Assembly (NCBI GenBank): GCA_032123655.1
Contig: JAQBEY010000120.1
Location: forward strand, 2 to 64,001
Source of the DNA: Betaproteobacteria bacterium
GTDB lineage: Bacteria; Pseudomonadota; Gammaproteobacteria; Burkholderiales; Casimicrobiaceae
Length of the DNA: 64,000 bases
Direction: 5' to 3'
Part shown: positions 20,256 through 30,934 of the stretch, piece by piece
Layout: each line of letters begins with the position of its first letter
How positions within the stretch are numbered: position 1 is the stretch's first letter
Program-made: the position numbers and the translations under genes
The notes under the pieces: model-generated
What the model saw: the letters and a program-made list of their open reading frames with translations, nothing else
What the model was told of the DNA's origin: nothing
The model's database searches: none

Positions 20256-22596
20256 TGCCACTGAGTTCCGCGCGGACCCGCCGCAGCACGGCGACGGTCG
20301 CGGTCGTGCGCGCCGGCGTCTGTTGCCCGGCCTGCTGGTTGCGCTGTGGGCCGCCGCGCATGCGCTGACGGCTCTGGCGTTCGATCCGTTCACCGTACGT
20401 GACATCCGTGTCGAGGGCGTGCAGCGCACGGAGGCCGGGACGATTTTCTCGTATATGCCGATCAAGGTCGGCGAGCGCGTCGACGAGGAAAAAATCGCCA
20501 AGTCGGTAAAGGCGCTTTATGCGACAGGCTTCTTTCGCGATGTCCGCATCGAGGCACAGGGCGACGTGCTGTTGGTTATCGTGCACGAACGCCCGACCAT
20601 CAGTTCGCTCACCTTCGTCGGCAACAAGGAATTCGACACCGACACGGTCAAGAAGGCGCTCAAGGAAGTCGGCATCGCCGAAGCCCGTATTTTCGACCGA
20701 TCCGCGCTCGATCGCTCCGAACAGGAACTCAAGCGCCAGTACATCACGCGCGGCAAGTACGCGGCGCGGGTGCAGACCACGGTAACGCCGCAGGACCGCA
20801 ACCGTGTGGCGATCAACTTCACGATCGAGGAAGGCGACACCGCCAGCATTGCCCGGATCAACATCGTCGGGAACAAGGTGTTCTCCGAGTCGAAGCTTCG
20901 CTCCGAAATGAAGCTTTCGACGCCGAACTGGCTGTCCTGGTACACCAAGAATGACCAGTACTCGAAGCAGAAGCTGCAGGGCGATCTCGAGGTGCTGCGC
21001 AGTTTCTACCAGAATCGGGGCTACCTGGAGTTCAACATCGAGTCGACACAGGTTTCGATCTCGCCGGACAAGGAGGACGTGTTCATCACGGTGAACCTCA
21101 CCGAAGGGCCGCGCTTCACGGTGTCCAGCATCAACGTCGCCGGCGAACTTGTCGTTGCCGAACCGGAATTGAGGGCGCTGCTCAGGGTCAGGCCAGGCGA
21201 CGTGTTTTCGCGCGCCGCAATGCAGGCCTCGGTCAAGTCGTTGAGCGAACGTCTGGGTATCGAAGGCTATGCGTTTGCCAACGTCAATGCGGTGCCGGAC
21301 CTGAACCGCGAGAAAGCCACGGTCGGCTTCACGTTTTTCGTTGACGCCGGGCGCCGGGTCTACGTGCGCAAGATCAATATCGGCGGCAACCCCAAGACGC
21401 GCGACGAGGTGATCCGGCGCGAGCTGCGCCAGCTGGAAAGCGCCTGGTATGACGGCACGCGCATCGAGCGGTCGAAAGTGCGCGTCAGGCGCCTTGGCTT
21501 TTTCGAGGAGGGCAGCGTCAACGTCGAGACGCCGCCGGTGCCGGGCACCAACGATCAGGTGGACATCGAAATCTCCGTCGCCGAGAAAAACACCGGCAAC
21601 CTGCTGGCGGGCGTCGGCTACTCGAGCGCGGAAGGCGTGGTGTTCAATGGGTCGATTTCGCAGCAGAACATCTTTGGCTCCGGAAACGCCCTTGCGCTGT
21701 CGCTGAATACCAGCCAGATCAACCGGACCGTCTCGCTGGCCTACACCGAGCCGTACTGGACGGTCGATGGCGTCTCGCGCACGATCGAGGCGTATTACAA
21801 GACCATCAATCCGAATTCACTGTCGGTCTCGCAATACGCCTCCGACACCTTCGGCGGCGCCCTTGGTTTTGGCGTACCGGTGTCGGAAATCGACACCATC
21901 AACTTCGGAATTCGTGCCGAGCAGACGGCGCTGACGCTGTACTCGGACAGCCCGCCGATCTACTACGCGTTCGTGCAGGACTTCGGCGCCGTCACCAACA
22001 GCTATATCCTGTCGGGCGGCTGGTCGCGTGACACCCGCAACGACATCCTCTATCCTACGTTCGGGCGGTTGCAGTCCGCGCTGGTCGAGGTGAGCCTGCC
22101 GTTTGGCAACGTCCCGTACTACAAACTTCAGTACATCAACCAGTCGTTCTGGCCGGTGTACGACGATTTTGTTCTGATGCTCCGGGCGGACGTGGGTTAC
22201 GGTGACGGTTATTCGGGCAAGCCATTTCCATTCTTCAAAGCCTACTATGCAGGTGGCGTGGGTTCGGTACGCGGCTACGAAACCGGATCGCTGGGTCCTC
22301 GCGACATCTACAACAACACGTTGGGTGGCAAGCGCAAGATCGTAGGCAACGCCGAGGTGTTCTATCCGCTTCTCAAAGGAGAGCGATCGGTGCGGATCAG
22401 CGGATTCTTCGATGCCGGACAGATCTACGTCAATGGCTTTCAGCCGGATTTCGAGAATTTCCGATTTTCGGCAGGCGTGGGCCTCGCCTGGAATTCACCG
22501 ATCGGGCCGCTGAAGTTCAGCTACGCGTTTCCGCTCAATAGCATTCCCCAGGACAAGATCGAGAAGTTCCAATTCCAGGTCGGCTCGGTGTTCTGA
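20233..22596 (+). CDS. bamA: Outer membrane protein assembly factor BamA
   Basis: 787 aa; POTRA repeats followed by an Omp85 barrel ending ...FQFQVGSVF. Conserved position after rseP. Confidence 0.9.
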   Translation: MTFPDCSDATEFRADPPQHGDGRGRARRRLLPGLLVALWAAAHALTALAFDPFTVRDIRVEGVQRTEAGTIFSYMPIKVGERVDEEKIAKSVKALYATGFFRDVRIEAQGDVLLVIVHERPTISSLTFVGNKEFDTDTVKKALKEVGIAEARIFDRSALDRSEQELKRQYITRGKYAARVQTTVTPQDRNRVAINFTIEEGDTASIARINIVGNKVFSESKLRSEMKLSTPNWLSWYTKNDQYSKQKLQGDLEVLRSFYQNRGYLEFNIESTQVSISPDKEDVFITVNLTEGPRFTVSSINVAGELVVAEPELRALLRVRPGDVFSRAAMQASVKSLSERLGIEGYAFANVNAVPDLNREKATVGFTFFVDAGRRVYVRKINIGGNPKTRDEVIRRELRQLESAWYDGTRIERSKVRVRRLGFFEEGSVNVETPPVPGTNDQVDIEISVAEKNTGNLLAGVGYSSAEGVVFNGSISQQNIFGSGNALALSLNTSQINRTVSLAYTEPYWTVDGVSRTIEAYYKTINPNSLSVSQYASDTFGGALGFGVPVSEIDTINFGIRAEQTALTLYSDSPPIYYAFVQDFGAVTNSYILSGGWSRDTRNDILYPTFGRLQSALVEVSLPFGNVPYYKLQYINQSFWPVYDDFVLMLRADVGYGDGYSGKPFPFFKAYYAGGVGSVRGYETGSLGPRDIYNNTLGGKRKIVGNAEVFYPLLKGERSVRISGFFDAGQIYVNGFQPDFENFRFSAGVGLAWNSPIGPLKFSYAFPLNSIPQDKIEKFQFQVGSVF

Positions 22597-22610
22597 CCCG
22601 GCCGCACTGC

Positions 22611-23129
22611 ATGTTGCAGGAGAACGCATTGAAACGCATGTCGCATTTTTTCGCAGTCGTACTGATCGTGATGTCCGGCCTGGCGTATGGCGCCGACTAC
22701 AAGATCGGCTTCGTCAATACCGAGCGCCTTTTCCGTGAGGCTGCGCCCGCCAAGCGCGCGCAGCAGAAACTCGAGCGCGAATTCGCTACGCGCGACGCCG
22801 AGATCCAGCGTCTTTCCAAGCAGGTGCGCGATTTGCAGGGTTTGCTCGACAAGGATGGCCCAACGCTGCCCGAATCGGAGCGCCGCAACAAGGAGCGCGA
22901 CCTGGCCAATCAGACGCGCGACCTGCAGCGCATGCAGCGGGAAGCGCGCGAAGACCTCAACCTGCGCCGCAACGAAGAGCTGTCGAGTCTTCAGGAGCGT
23001 GCCAACAAGGTGATCCAGCAGATCGCGGAGGCCGAGAAATTCGACCTGATTCTGCAGGATCCGGTGGTCTTTGCCAGCCAGCGCATCGACATCACCGAGA
23101 AGGTCATCAAGGCGCTCGCGGACAAGTAA
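22611..23129 (+). CDS. skp: OmpH/Skp-family periplasmic chaperone
   Basis: Signal peptide followed by a coiled-coil region rich in K/E/R/Q, located between bamA and lpxD. The start could instead be ATG 22638. Confidence 0.8.
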   Translation: MLQENALKRMSHFFAVVLIVMSGLAYGADYKIGFVNTERLFREAAPAKRAQQKLEREFATRDAEIQRLSKQVRDLQGLLDKDGPTLPESERRNKERDLANQTRDLQRMQREAREDLNLRRNEELSSLQERANKVIQQIAEAEKFDLILQDPVVFASQRIDITEKVIKALADK

Positions 23130-23172
23130 CCGCGGATCGCGCCTCCAACCTTTTCGGTACACGCCGTTTCCG

Positions 23173-24222
23173 ATGCCTCCTTCCGGAATCACGCTGTCCG
23201 AACTCGCGGCGCAGACCGGATCGACAGTGCACGGTGACGGCGCCGTGGTGGTCCGGCGGGTGGGCTCGCTGGAGCATGCCGGTCCGGACGCCATCGCGTT
23301 TCTTGCCGGCAAGCGGTTTCGGGGGCAACTCGCGAACACAGGGGCCGCGGCAGTCATCGTTGCGCCCGCTGCCGCTGAAGCCACCGAGTTGCCTCGGCTC
23401 GTGCACGGCAATCCCTACGCCACTTACGCGCGAGTTGCGGCGCTGCTGCATCCGGCGTTGCGCCCAGCGCCCGGGCGGCACCCGACCGCGCTCATCGGCG
23501 AAGACGCGCTGGTCGATCCGGCCGCGGTGATCGGCCCCTACGTGGTCATCGGCGCAAGGGCACGCATCGGGCCCGGCGCGGTGCTCGGCGCCGGTACGAT
23601 CGTAGGCGACGATGTCGTCCTGGGCGAGGACGTCCTGCTGCATCCGCGCGTCGTCCTCTATTCCAACTGCACTGTGGGAGCGCGGACGATCATTCACTCG
23701 GGCGCGGTCATCGGCGCCGACGGTTTCGGCATGGCCGAGGAATCAGGGCGCTGGCTCAAGATTCCACAGATTGGTGGTGTCGTGATCGGCGCCGACTGCG
23801 AGATCGGAGCCTGTACGACGATCGACCGTGGCGCCATTGAGGACACGGTCCTCGAGGATGACGTAAAACTCGACAACCAGATCCAGATTGGCCACAACTG
23901 CCGGATCGGCACGCACACGGCCATGGCCGGTTGCGTCGGGGTTGCCGGCAGCACGACCATCGGCAGGAACTGCAAGGTCGGCGGCGCCGCGATGATCGCC
24001 GGACACCTCGTCATCGTGGACAATACGGTAGTTTCCGGCGCCTCGCAGGTGTTTGAATCGTTGGATCGACCGGGCGTTTATACGGGGACGTTTCCGGCGC
24101 TGCCGCACAGCGAGTGGCGTCATGTAGCGTCCGAAGTGCGTCGTTTGCGCGAGTTGGCGCGGCGGGTCGCCGCGCTCGAACGCGCGCTCGCGTTGGCGCG
24201 ACCGGACGCAGTGGCGCCATGA
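23173..24222 (+). CDS. lpxD: UDP-3-O-acylglucosamine N-acyltransferase
   Basis: Left-handed beta-helix hexapeptide repeats with an LpxD-type N-terminus (ITLSELAAQTG...). Confidence 0.9.
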   Translation: MPPSGITLSELAAQTGSTVHGDGAVVVRRVGSLEHAGPDAIAFLAGKRFRGQLANTGAAAVIVAPAAAEATELPRLVHGNPYATYARVAALLHPALRPAPGRHPTALIGEDALVDPAAVIGPYVVIGARARIGPGAVLGAGTIVGDDVVLGEDVLLHPRVVLYSNCTVGARTIIHSGAVIGADGFGMAEESGRWLKIPQIGGVVIGADCEIGACTTIDRGAIEDTVLEDDVKLDNQIQIGHNCRIGTHTAMAGCVGVAGSTTIGRNCKVGGAAMIAGHLVIVDNTVVSGASQVFESLDRPGVYTGTFPALPHSEWRHVASEVRRLRELARRVAALERALALARPDAVAP

Positions 24223-24238
24223 CGGTGCTGCGCGTGGC

Positions 24239-24682
24239 GTGGCAGCGAGGAGCGGCGACGTGACGGAGTTGGAAGAACAGGAGGCACTGCTTGCCGGAAT
24301 TCCACGGCGCTATCCGGTGCTGCTGATCGACCGGTTGCTCGAATGTACGTCCGGAAATCTGGCGCGCGGCATGAAATTGGTGACCTACAACGAACCCTTC
24401 TTTCTGGGACACTTCCCCGGCTATCCGGTGATGCCCGGCGTGCTCGTGCTCGAAGCGCTGGTGCAGCTTTCCACGCTCCTGTCGCAGGTGTCGGGGGAGG
24501 GCGCGTCCGGTGGCGTGAAAGCCATCGAAAGCGCGCGCTTCAAGCGGCAGGTGCTGCCGGGTGACCGGGTCGACCTCGAGACCGGCATGGAAGGCGCGGG
24601 CAGGTACAAGGTGCGCGCGGTCGTTGACGGCGAAGTGGCGGCCGAGGCGCAACTGGTGCTGGCTTTCGATCCCCGGCCTTAA
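24239..24682 (+). CDS. fabZ: 3-hydroxyacyl-ACP dehydratase FabZ
   Basis: PHRYP-like IPRRYPVLLIDR and the FFLGHFPGYPVMPGVL motif. Confidence 0.9.
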   Translation: MAARSGDVTELEEQEALLAGIPRRYPVLLIDRLLECTSGNLARGMKLVTYNEPFFLGHFPGYPVMPGVLVLEALVQLSTLLSQVSGEGASGGVKAIESARFKRQVLPGDRVDLETGMEGAGRYKVRAVVDGEVAAEAQLVLAFDPRP

Positions 24683-24689
24683 GCGCTGC

Positions 24690-25466
24690 ATGGCTCTGGT
24701 ACACCCAAGCGCAATTGTCGACCCGACCGCCGATCTTGCGGCCGACGTCGAAGTGGGCGCCTATTCGATCGTAGGTGCTGGCGTGACGCTGGGCTCCGGC
24801 ACGATCATCGGTCCGCATGTGGTCATCGGCGCACGCACGCGATTTGGCGCGCGCAATCGTGTCTTCCAGTTCGCGTCGATCGGCGAGATTGCGCAGGACC
24901 GCAAGTACGGCGGCGAGCCGACCACCACCACGATCGGCGACGACAATGTGTTCCGTGAGTTCTCGACGGTGCATGCGGGCACCGTGCAGGATCGCGGCGA
25001 CACCACGATCGGCGATCACAACCTGTTCCTGGCCTACACGCATGTTGCGCACGACTGCGTGGTCGGCAGCCGCACGACGTTTTCCAACAACGCACAGATC
25101 GCCGGGCATGTGCGTATCGAGGATTGGGCCGTGCTCGGCGCCTTCGGCGGCGTGCACCAGCACTGCCGCGTCGGCGCGCACGCGATGGTCGCCGCGTTCG
25201 CCGTGGTCCTGCAGGATGTGCCGCCCTACGTGACGGTACAGGGTTATCCGGCCAAGCCGCACGGGACCAACAACGAGGGGCTGCGCCGACGCGGTTTTTC
25301 GGCTGACGACATCCTCGCCATACGGCGCGCGTACAAGACGCTCTATCGTGAAGGCCTCTCCTTCGACGAGGCACGGACACGCGTCGCGGCCGCCGCCGCC
25401 GGGGCGCCCGCGCTGGCGCCGCTCGCGGACTTCCTCGCGAGCGCGGGCCGCGGCATCGTGCGCTGA
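24690..25466 (+). CDS. lpxA: Acyl-ACP--UDP-N-acetylglucosamine O-acyltransferase
   Basis: MALVHPSAIVDPTA... with hexapeptide repeats and an LpxA C-terminal helical domain. Confidence 0.9.
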   Translation: MALVHPSAIVDPTADLAADVEVGAYSIVGAGVTLGSGTIIGPHVVIGARTRFGARNRVFQFASIGEIAQDRKYGGEPTTTTIGDDNVFREFSTVHAGTVQDRGDTTIGDHNLFLAYTHVAHDCVVGSRTTFSNNAQIAGHVRIEDWAVLGAFGGVHQHCRVGAHAMVAAFAVVLQDVPPYVTVQGYPAKPHGTNNEGLRRRGFSADDILAIRRAYKTLYREGLSFDEARTRVAAAAAGAPALAPLADFLASAGRGIVR

Positions 25467-25523
25467 TTCCCGGAGATTGCCCTGATCGCGCCAGACCGGC
25501 AGGACGCCGGAACGCCACCGCTG

Positions 25524-26675
25524 GTGACCATCGGCATCGTGGCCGGCGAGGCTTCGGGCGACGCGCTGGGCGCCGCGCTGATCCGGACCTTTCGGGCGCG
25601 TTATCCGCAGGTGCGTTTCGTCGGTATTGCCGGTCCGCAGATGGAGGCTGCCGGCTGCGACGCCTGGTACCCGGTGGAAAAACTTTCGGTGCGTGGTTTC
25701 GTCGAGGTGATTGCGCACCTGCCCGAGCTCTTCCGCATCCGGCGCGAGTTGCGGCGGCGATTGCTCGCCACGGGAGTGCAGCTGTTCGTTGGCGTCGATG
25801 CGCCGGATTTCAATCTCGGTCTCGAGGCGAAGCTCAAGCGCCGCGGCGTGCGTACCGTGCATTTTGTCAGTCCATCGGTGTGGGCGTGGCGCCGCGAACG
25901 CCTCGCGCGCATCGGTCGCAGCGTGCACCGGATGCTGACATTGTTCCCGTTCGAGGCGGCGCTGTACGAAAAGGCCGGCATCCCGGTGAGCTACGTGGGA
26001 CACCCAATGGCGGCCGACGCCGCGACGCACGCGACGCGTCGCGAGACGCGCGAACTGTTGCGGATCAAGGCCGCGACTCCGGTGTTTGCATTGTTGCCGG
26101 GCAGCAGAATGTCCGAGATCGACATGCACGGCGAGTTGATTCTCGACTGCGCGGCGCGCATCCACGAGGCGCGTGAGGACGCCCGGTTTTTGGTGCCGTT
26201 CGTGACGCGCGCGACGCGCAACGCCTTCGAGATGGTGATGCACCGCACCGGCCATCAGAAACTGCCGATCACTCTGCTCTACGGCCATGCCGAGGACGCG
26301 CTGCGGGCCGCAGACGTCGGCATCGTGGCCTCAGGCACGGCCACGCTCGAAGCGTCGCTGGCGCGTTGCCCGCACATCATTTTTTATCGCGTGTCGGCGC
26401 TCACCGCGCGCATCGTCCGCCGTCGGCTGCTGCTGCCCTACGTGGGTCTGCCGAATGTAATCGCCGGGCAGTTCGTCGTCCCCGAACTCCTCCAGCAGGA
26501 CGCCACGGCGCGCAATCTCGCCCAGGCCGCGCTGAATCTGTTCGACGACACCGTGACGCGACACCGGCTCGAGGAACTGTTCGCGGGCTTTGCCGCGGAT
26601 CTTTGTCTGGACACCGGTGCGCTGGCGGCCGATGCGGTCGCTGCCGAACTCACCGCGGCAGGCGTTGCGTGCTGA
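25524..26675 (+). CDS. lpxB: Lipid-A-disaccharide synthase
   Basis: [18 protein letters not shown]... is an LpxB N-terminus; GTG start. Confidence 0.9.
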   Translation: MTIGIVAGEASGDALGAALIRTFRARYPQVRFVGIAGPQMEAAGCDAWYPVEKLSVRGFVEVIAHLPELFRIRRELRRRLLATGVQLFVGVDAPDFNLGLEAKLKRRGVRTVHFVSPSVWAWRRERLARIGRSVHRMLTLFPFEAALYEKAGIPVSYVGHPMAADAATHATRRETRELLRIKAATPVFALLPGSRMSEIDMHGELILDCAARIHEAREDARFLVPFVTRATRNAFEMVMHRTGHQKLPITLLYGHAEDALRAADVGIVASGTATLEASLARCPHIIFYRVSALTARIVRRRLLLPYVGLPNVIAGQFVVPELLQQDATARNLAQAALNLFDDTVTRHRLEELFAGFAADLCLDTGALAADAVAAELTAAGVAC

Positions 26676-27292
26676 TCGCCGGAATCGACGAGGCGGGCCG
26701 CGGCCCGCTCGCGGGTCCGGTTTTCGCGGCGGCGGTGATCCTCGATCCGGCGCGGCCTGTTTCCGGATTGCGCGACTCGAAGGCGTTGTCGCCACAGCGG
26801 CGTGAAGAGCTCGCCGTACACATCCGCGCGCAGGCCACGGCGTGGGCGGTGGCTTCGGCCGACGTGGCCGAGATCGACACACTCAACATCCTGCAGGCAA
26901 CGTTGCTGGCGATGCGTCGGGCCTTCGAGGCGCTGGGGGTCACGCCGCGCGAGGCGCTGATCGACGGCAACCACTGCCCGCGCCTTGCCTGTCCCACGCG
27001 TGCCGTGATCAAGGGCGACCGCGATGTCGCCGTGATTTCCGCGGCGTCCATCCTCGCCAAGACCGCACGCGACGCGCTGCTGGTTCAACTCGACGCACGC
27101 TATCCGCACTACGGATTTGCGCAAAACAAGGGCTACGGGACGGCCGCACACCTGGCCGCACTGAGGCGATACGGTCCGTGTGAAATTCATCGAAGCACCT
27201 TTGCGCCCGTGGCGCAGATGATTCTGGACCTGCCCATGGACCCGGAGCGCCGCCCGTCCGGATCGACGCTGGATTCGATCCGGAGGCGCTAG
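26669..27292 (+). CDS. rnhB: Ribonuclease HII
   Basis: [16 protein letters not shown]...DSKALS... are active-site motifs. The GTG start overlaps the lpxB end. Confidence 0.9.
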   Translation: MLIAGIDEAGRGPLAGPVFAAAVILDPARPVSGLRDSKALSPQRREELAVHIRAQATAWAVASADVAEIDTLNILQATLLAMRRAFEALGVTPREALIDGNHCPRLACPTRAVIKGDRDVAVISAASILAKTARDALLVQLDARYPHYGFAQNKGYGTAAHLAALRRYGPCEIHRSTFAPVAQMILDLPMDPERRPSGSTLDSIRRR

Positions 27293-27295
27293 GAA

Positions 27296-28045
27296 CTAGC
27301 TGCCGATCTCGGTCCAGTACTCGTGCTGCGCGGTGTTGACATGCGAGACGCGGTACTCGACCGGAGCTTCGTGGTAGGTCTGGGCGACGCGGCGGATCTG
27401 CAGCAGCGGCGCACCACGCGACACGCTGAGCAGCGGCGCAATCTGCGCGTCGGCGACGACCGCGCGCAGGCGCTCGCTGGTACGGACAACCGAAACGCCG
27501 AATCCTTCCTGGTAGAGGTGATACAGCGTCGATGGCCGGTTGCGAACACGCGACTCGGTGAGGCCTGGAAAGCGGGAGGCGGGCAGCACGATGTCGTCGA
27601 TCATGATCGGCCGGTCGGAAAGGTGGAGCCGGTTGCGAATGCGGAACAGGGGATCGCCGACGGCGATCGACAGGCGCTCGGCGACCACGTGGTCGGCGCG
27701 CGCGCGGGTGAAGGCGATGAACTCGACCTCCGGGTAGGCCTTGGGCCCGGCTTCGGGGACGATGTGGAAAAAATAGAACAGCAGGCGGTCGCGCGTATGG
27801 CTCGCGACATAGGTGCCGCGTCCCTGCTGGCGAATCAGCATGTTCTCGGCGACGAGCTCGTCGATCGCCTTGCGCACGGTGCCGATGCTGATTCCGTAGC
27901 GCTGGGACAGGCGTCGCTCGGCGGGAATGGCTTCCCCGGGCTTCCACTCGCCTTGTGTTAACGCCTCCATCAACTGGCGCCGAATCTCCTTGTACAGCGG
28001 AGTCTGGAGTGGAACTCCGAGGGCGGTGGCGTCGGTCATGGTCAT
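27296..28045 (-). CDS. GntR-family transcriptional regulator (HutC/UTRA subtype)
   Basis: N-terminal wHTH (...PAERRLSQRYGISIGTVRKAIDELV...GRGTYV) and a C-terminal UTRA-like effector domain. It is divergent from the dehydratase cluster. Confidence 0.8.
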   Translation of the reverse strand: MTMTDATALGVPLQTPLYKEIRRQLMEALTQGEWKPGEAIPAERRLSQRYGISIGTVRKAIDELVAENMLIRQQGRGTYVASHTRDRLLFYFFHIVPEAGPKAYPEVEFIAFTRARADHVVAERLSIAVGDPLFRIRNRLHLSDRPIMIDDIVLPASRFPGLTESRVRNRPSTLYHLYQEGFGVSVVRTSERLRAVVADAQIAPLLSVSRGAPLLQIRRVAQTYHEAPVEYRVSHVNTAQHEYWTEIGS

Positions 28046-28131
28046 GGCGTTCCTGCCAGCGGACGCGCGCGGCGCGCGGTCGGGCTGGTACTTTCCAGTC
28101 TAGCCGTGATGCTCAAGTGATGCAAATGATA

Positions 28132-28172
28132 TAGATGATCTAGTTGACTTGAAAGGCGCGGGCGACTAATAT
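28132..28172 (+). promoter_or_regulatory. Candidate sigma-70 promoter with adjacent palindromic operator for the dehydratase cluster
   Basis: Palindrome tagat-g-atcta (28132-28142), then -35 ttgact (28144-28149), a 17-bp spacer and -10 taatat (28167-28172). Four TGAT(G) motifs lie between 28108 and 28139. Confidence 0.4.
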
Positions 28173-28259
28173 GGTCCTCACGCGATCGACGCCACACGTG
28201 ATCCTGCCCGCAGCCGTGTCGCTGGTCGTTCCCTCAAGGCCTTTCCCGGAGTCATTCCC

Positions 28260-28541
28260 ATGATCCATTGCGTTCTCCACGACCCCGACGACTCGGTAGC
28301 GGTCGTAGTCGTCGAAGGCGTTACGGCCGGTTCGACGCTCACCGGTCTCATCCTCGACGAAAACAGGACCATCACCTTGCCCTGCGTGCAGGACATCCCG
28401 CTCGGCCACAAGGTTGCCCTGAAAGACCTTTCGGTCGGCGACACGGTGATCAAGTACGGCATCGACATCGGCAAGGTGGTGCAGCCGATCGCCTGTGGCC
28501 AGCACGCCCACGTTCACAACATCAAGACCAAGCGGTGGTGA
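28260..28541 (+). CDS. UxaA-family dehydratase/lyase small subunit (SAF domain; SuyA-like size)
   Basis: 93-aa SAF-domain protein (...[24 protein letters not shown]....I..G.HVH.HN) resembling the N-terminal domain of altronate/galactarate dehydratases. Confidence 0.75.
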   Translation: MIHCVLHDPDDSVAVVVVEGVTAGSTLTGLILDENRTITLPCVQDIPLGHKVALKDLSVGDTVIKYGIDIGKVVQPIACGQHAHVHNIKTKRW

Positions 28542-28582
28542 GCGGCGCCCTCGCCCAACCATCGTCACCGCGAAAGCAAATC

Positions 28583-29749
28583 ATGACCATGCAAAATAAA
28601 TTCTGGGGTTACCGCCGCGAGAATGGCCGGGTGGGTGTGCGCAATCACGTGATCATCCTGCCGGTGGACGATCTGGCCAACGCGGCCTGCGAGGCGGTCG
28701 CCCACAACATCAAGGGGACGCTCGCCATTCCTCATCCCTACGGACGGCTGCAGTTCGGCGCCGACCTCGACCTGCACTTCCGCACGCTGATCGGCACGGG
28801 CAGCAATCCGAACGTCGCCGCCGTCATCGTGATCGGCATCGAGGAGCAATGGACCAAAAAAGTCGTCGACGGCATCGCTGCCACCGGGAAGCCGGTCGTG
28901 GGCTTCGGCATCGAGCTGCACGGCGACCACGACACGATCATGCGTGCATCCAAGGCGGCCAAGGAATTCGTGCAGGCGGCGAGCGAGCAGCACCGGGTCG
29001 AGTGCGACCTCAAGGAACTCTGGGTTTCGACCAAGTGCGGCGAGTCCGACACGACATCCGGCTGTGGCTCCAACCCGACGGTGGGTGACGCGTTCGACAA
29101 GCTCTATGCGGCGGGCTGCACGCTGGTGTTCGGCGAGACGACCGAACTGACCGGCGGCGAGCAGATCGTGGCAGCGCGCTGCCGCGACGACAAGGTGCGC
29201 GCGGAGTTCATGCGCATGTTCGACCGCTACCAGGAGGTGATCAACCGGCACAAGACCAGCGACCTTTCCGATTCGCAGCCGACCAAGGGCAATATTGCCG
29301 GCGGCCTGACGACGATCGAGGAAAAGGCGCTCGGCAATATTCAGAAAATCGGCAAGAAATGCACGGTCGACGGGGTGATCGACAAGGCGGAAACGCCAAC
29401 GCATTCGGGCCTGTGGTTCATGGACAGTTCGTCGGCCGCCGCCGAGATGGTCACGCTGTGCGCAGCCTCCGGCTATGTCGTGCATTTCTTTCCGACCGGG
29501 CAGGGCAATGTCATCGGCAACCCGATCCTGCCGGTGATCAAGATCTGCGCGAATCCGCGAACCGTGCGGACGATGAGCGAGCACGTCGACGTCGATACCT
29601 CGGGGCTGCTGCAGCGCGAAATCACCATGGGGGAGGCCGGAGACAAGCTGCTCGACATGATGTTCCGCACCGCCAACGGGCGGCTGACCGCGGCGGAATC
29701 ACTCGGTCACCGCGAATTCGTGCTGACGCGGCTGTACGAGAGCGCGTGA
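28583..29749 (+). CDS. UxaA-family dehydratase/lyase large subunit (SuyB-like size)
   Basis: 388 aa with [27 protein letters not shown] and PVIKICANP, all motifs of the UxaA C-terminal domain. Confidence 0.8.
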   Translation: MTMQNKFWGYRRENGRVGVRNHVIILPVDDLANAACEAVAHNIKGTLAIPHPYGRLQFGADLDLHFRTLIGTGSNPNVAAVIVIGIEEQWTKKVVDGIAATGKPVVGFGIELHGDHDTIMRASKAAKEFVQAASEQHRVECDLKELWVSTKCGESDTTSGCGSNPTVGDAFDKLYAAGCTLVFGETTELTGGEQIVAARCRDDKVRAEFMRMFDRYQEVINRHKTSDLSDSQPTKGNIAGGLTTIEEKALGNIQKIGKKCTVDGVIDKAETPTHSGLWFMDSSSAAAEMVTLCAASGYVVHFFPTGQGNVIGNPILPVIKICANPRTVRTMSEHVDVDTSGLLQREITMGEAGDKLLDMMFRTANGRLTAAESLGHREFVLTRLYESA

Positions 29750-29869
29750 CACGACCCGGGTCAACATGACGCGCACGGATTTCGTGACCACGATCGGGCC
29801 GATCGACGGCAGGCAGGGGCGCCGGGATAAGCACTTATTCGCCATCGCGCGCGACCCGCGCGCAAGCTG

Positions 29870-30847
29870 ATGGTGGATGGAGTGTCGCCGGAACCGCTTG
29901 CGCTGCCCGATCTGGCGGCAATCCGGGCCGCGCATGCGCGCATCGGCCCGCATGTCGTTCGAACGCCGGTGCTGCGCAGCGACGCGCTTGATCTTCTTGT
30001 CGGCGCGTCGCTGTACTTCAAGTGCGAAAATCTCCAGAAAGTCGGAGCGTTCAAGGCGCGGGGCGCCGTCAATGCCGTCTTCTGCCTGACCGCCGCCGAC
30101 GCGCGGCACGGCGTGGTGACTCATTCGTCGGGCAACCATGGCGCCGCGCTCGCCTACGCGGCGCAGCGACGCGGCATTCCGGCCTACGTGGTCATGCCGG
30201 AGAACGCAACGAAGATCAAGATTGCGAATGTCGAGGGCTTCGGTGGCACCGTCCGCTTCTGCGCGGCAAATGTGGCGGCTCGTGAGGCGGCCTGCGCGCA
30301 AGTCGCGGGCGAGACCGGAGCGACCCTGGTGCATCCGTTCGACGACGCGCAGGTGATCGCGGGACAGGCGACCGCCGCGCTGGAATTGCTCGAAGCGATG
30401 CCGGACCTCGACATCGTGATCGCGCCCTGCGGCGGCGGTGGACTGCTCTCGGGCACTGCGATTGCGGCCAAGGGCATGGCACCGGCGATTCGTGTATTCG
30501 GTGCGGAGCCGACCAATGCCGGGGACGCGGCGGCAGGCTTTCGTTCGGGCCGGATCGAGCCCCTGCCGTCGGCCGTGACCATCGCCGACGGACTGCGTAC
30601 GACGCTTGCGCCACGGACGTTTCAGGCGATTCGGAATTTCGTCGACGATATCGGCACCTGCAGCGAGGAAGCGATCGTGCGCGCGATGCGCATGACCTGG
30701 GAGCGCTTGAGAATCGTCATCGAACCGTCGTCCGCGGTCCCGCTCGCCTGCCTGCTCGAGCGCAGCCTGGTGGTCGATGGCGCCCGTGTGGGGGTGATAC
30801 TCACCGGCGGCAACGTCGACCTCGATCGCCTGCCGTGGCAGCGTTGA
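29870..30847 (+). CDS. PLP-dependent threonine/serine dehydratase-serine racemase family enzyme
   Basis: PLP-lysine motif FKCENLQKVGAFKARGA, HSSGNHG, and the glycine loop PCGGGGLLSG (fold-type II). Confidence 0.8.
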   Translation: MVDGVSPEPLALPDLAAIRAAHARIGPHVVRTPVLRSDALDLLVGASLYFKCENLQKVGAFKARGAVNAVFCLTAADARHGVVTHSSGNHGAALAYAAQRRGIPAYVVMPENATKIKIANVEGFGGTVRFCAANVAAREAACAQVAGETGATLVHPFDDAQVIAGQATAALELLEAMPDLDIVIAPCGGGGLLSGTAIAAKGMAPAIRVFGAEPTNAGDAAAGFRSGRIEPLPSAVTIADGLRTTLAPRTFQAIRNFVDDIGTCSEEAIVRAMRMTWERLRIVIEPSSAVPLACLLERSLVVDGARVGVILTGGNVDLDRLPWQR

Positions 30848-30934
30848 TTCCGGCCAGCCGGCCGTTCGTCGACGGATGGCTCGTGCGTCGCGCGGGCATT
30901 GCGCGGGCCCTACCCATCCAGGAAACCATTTTCA

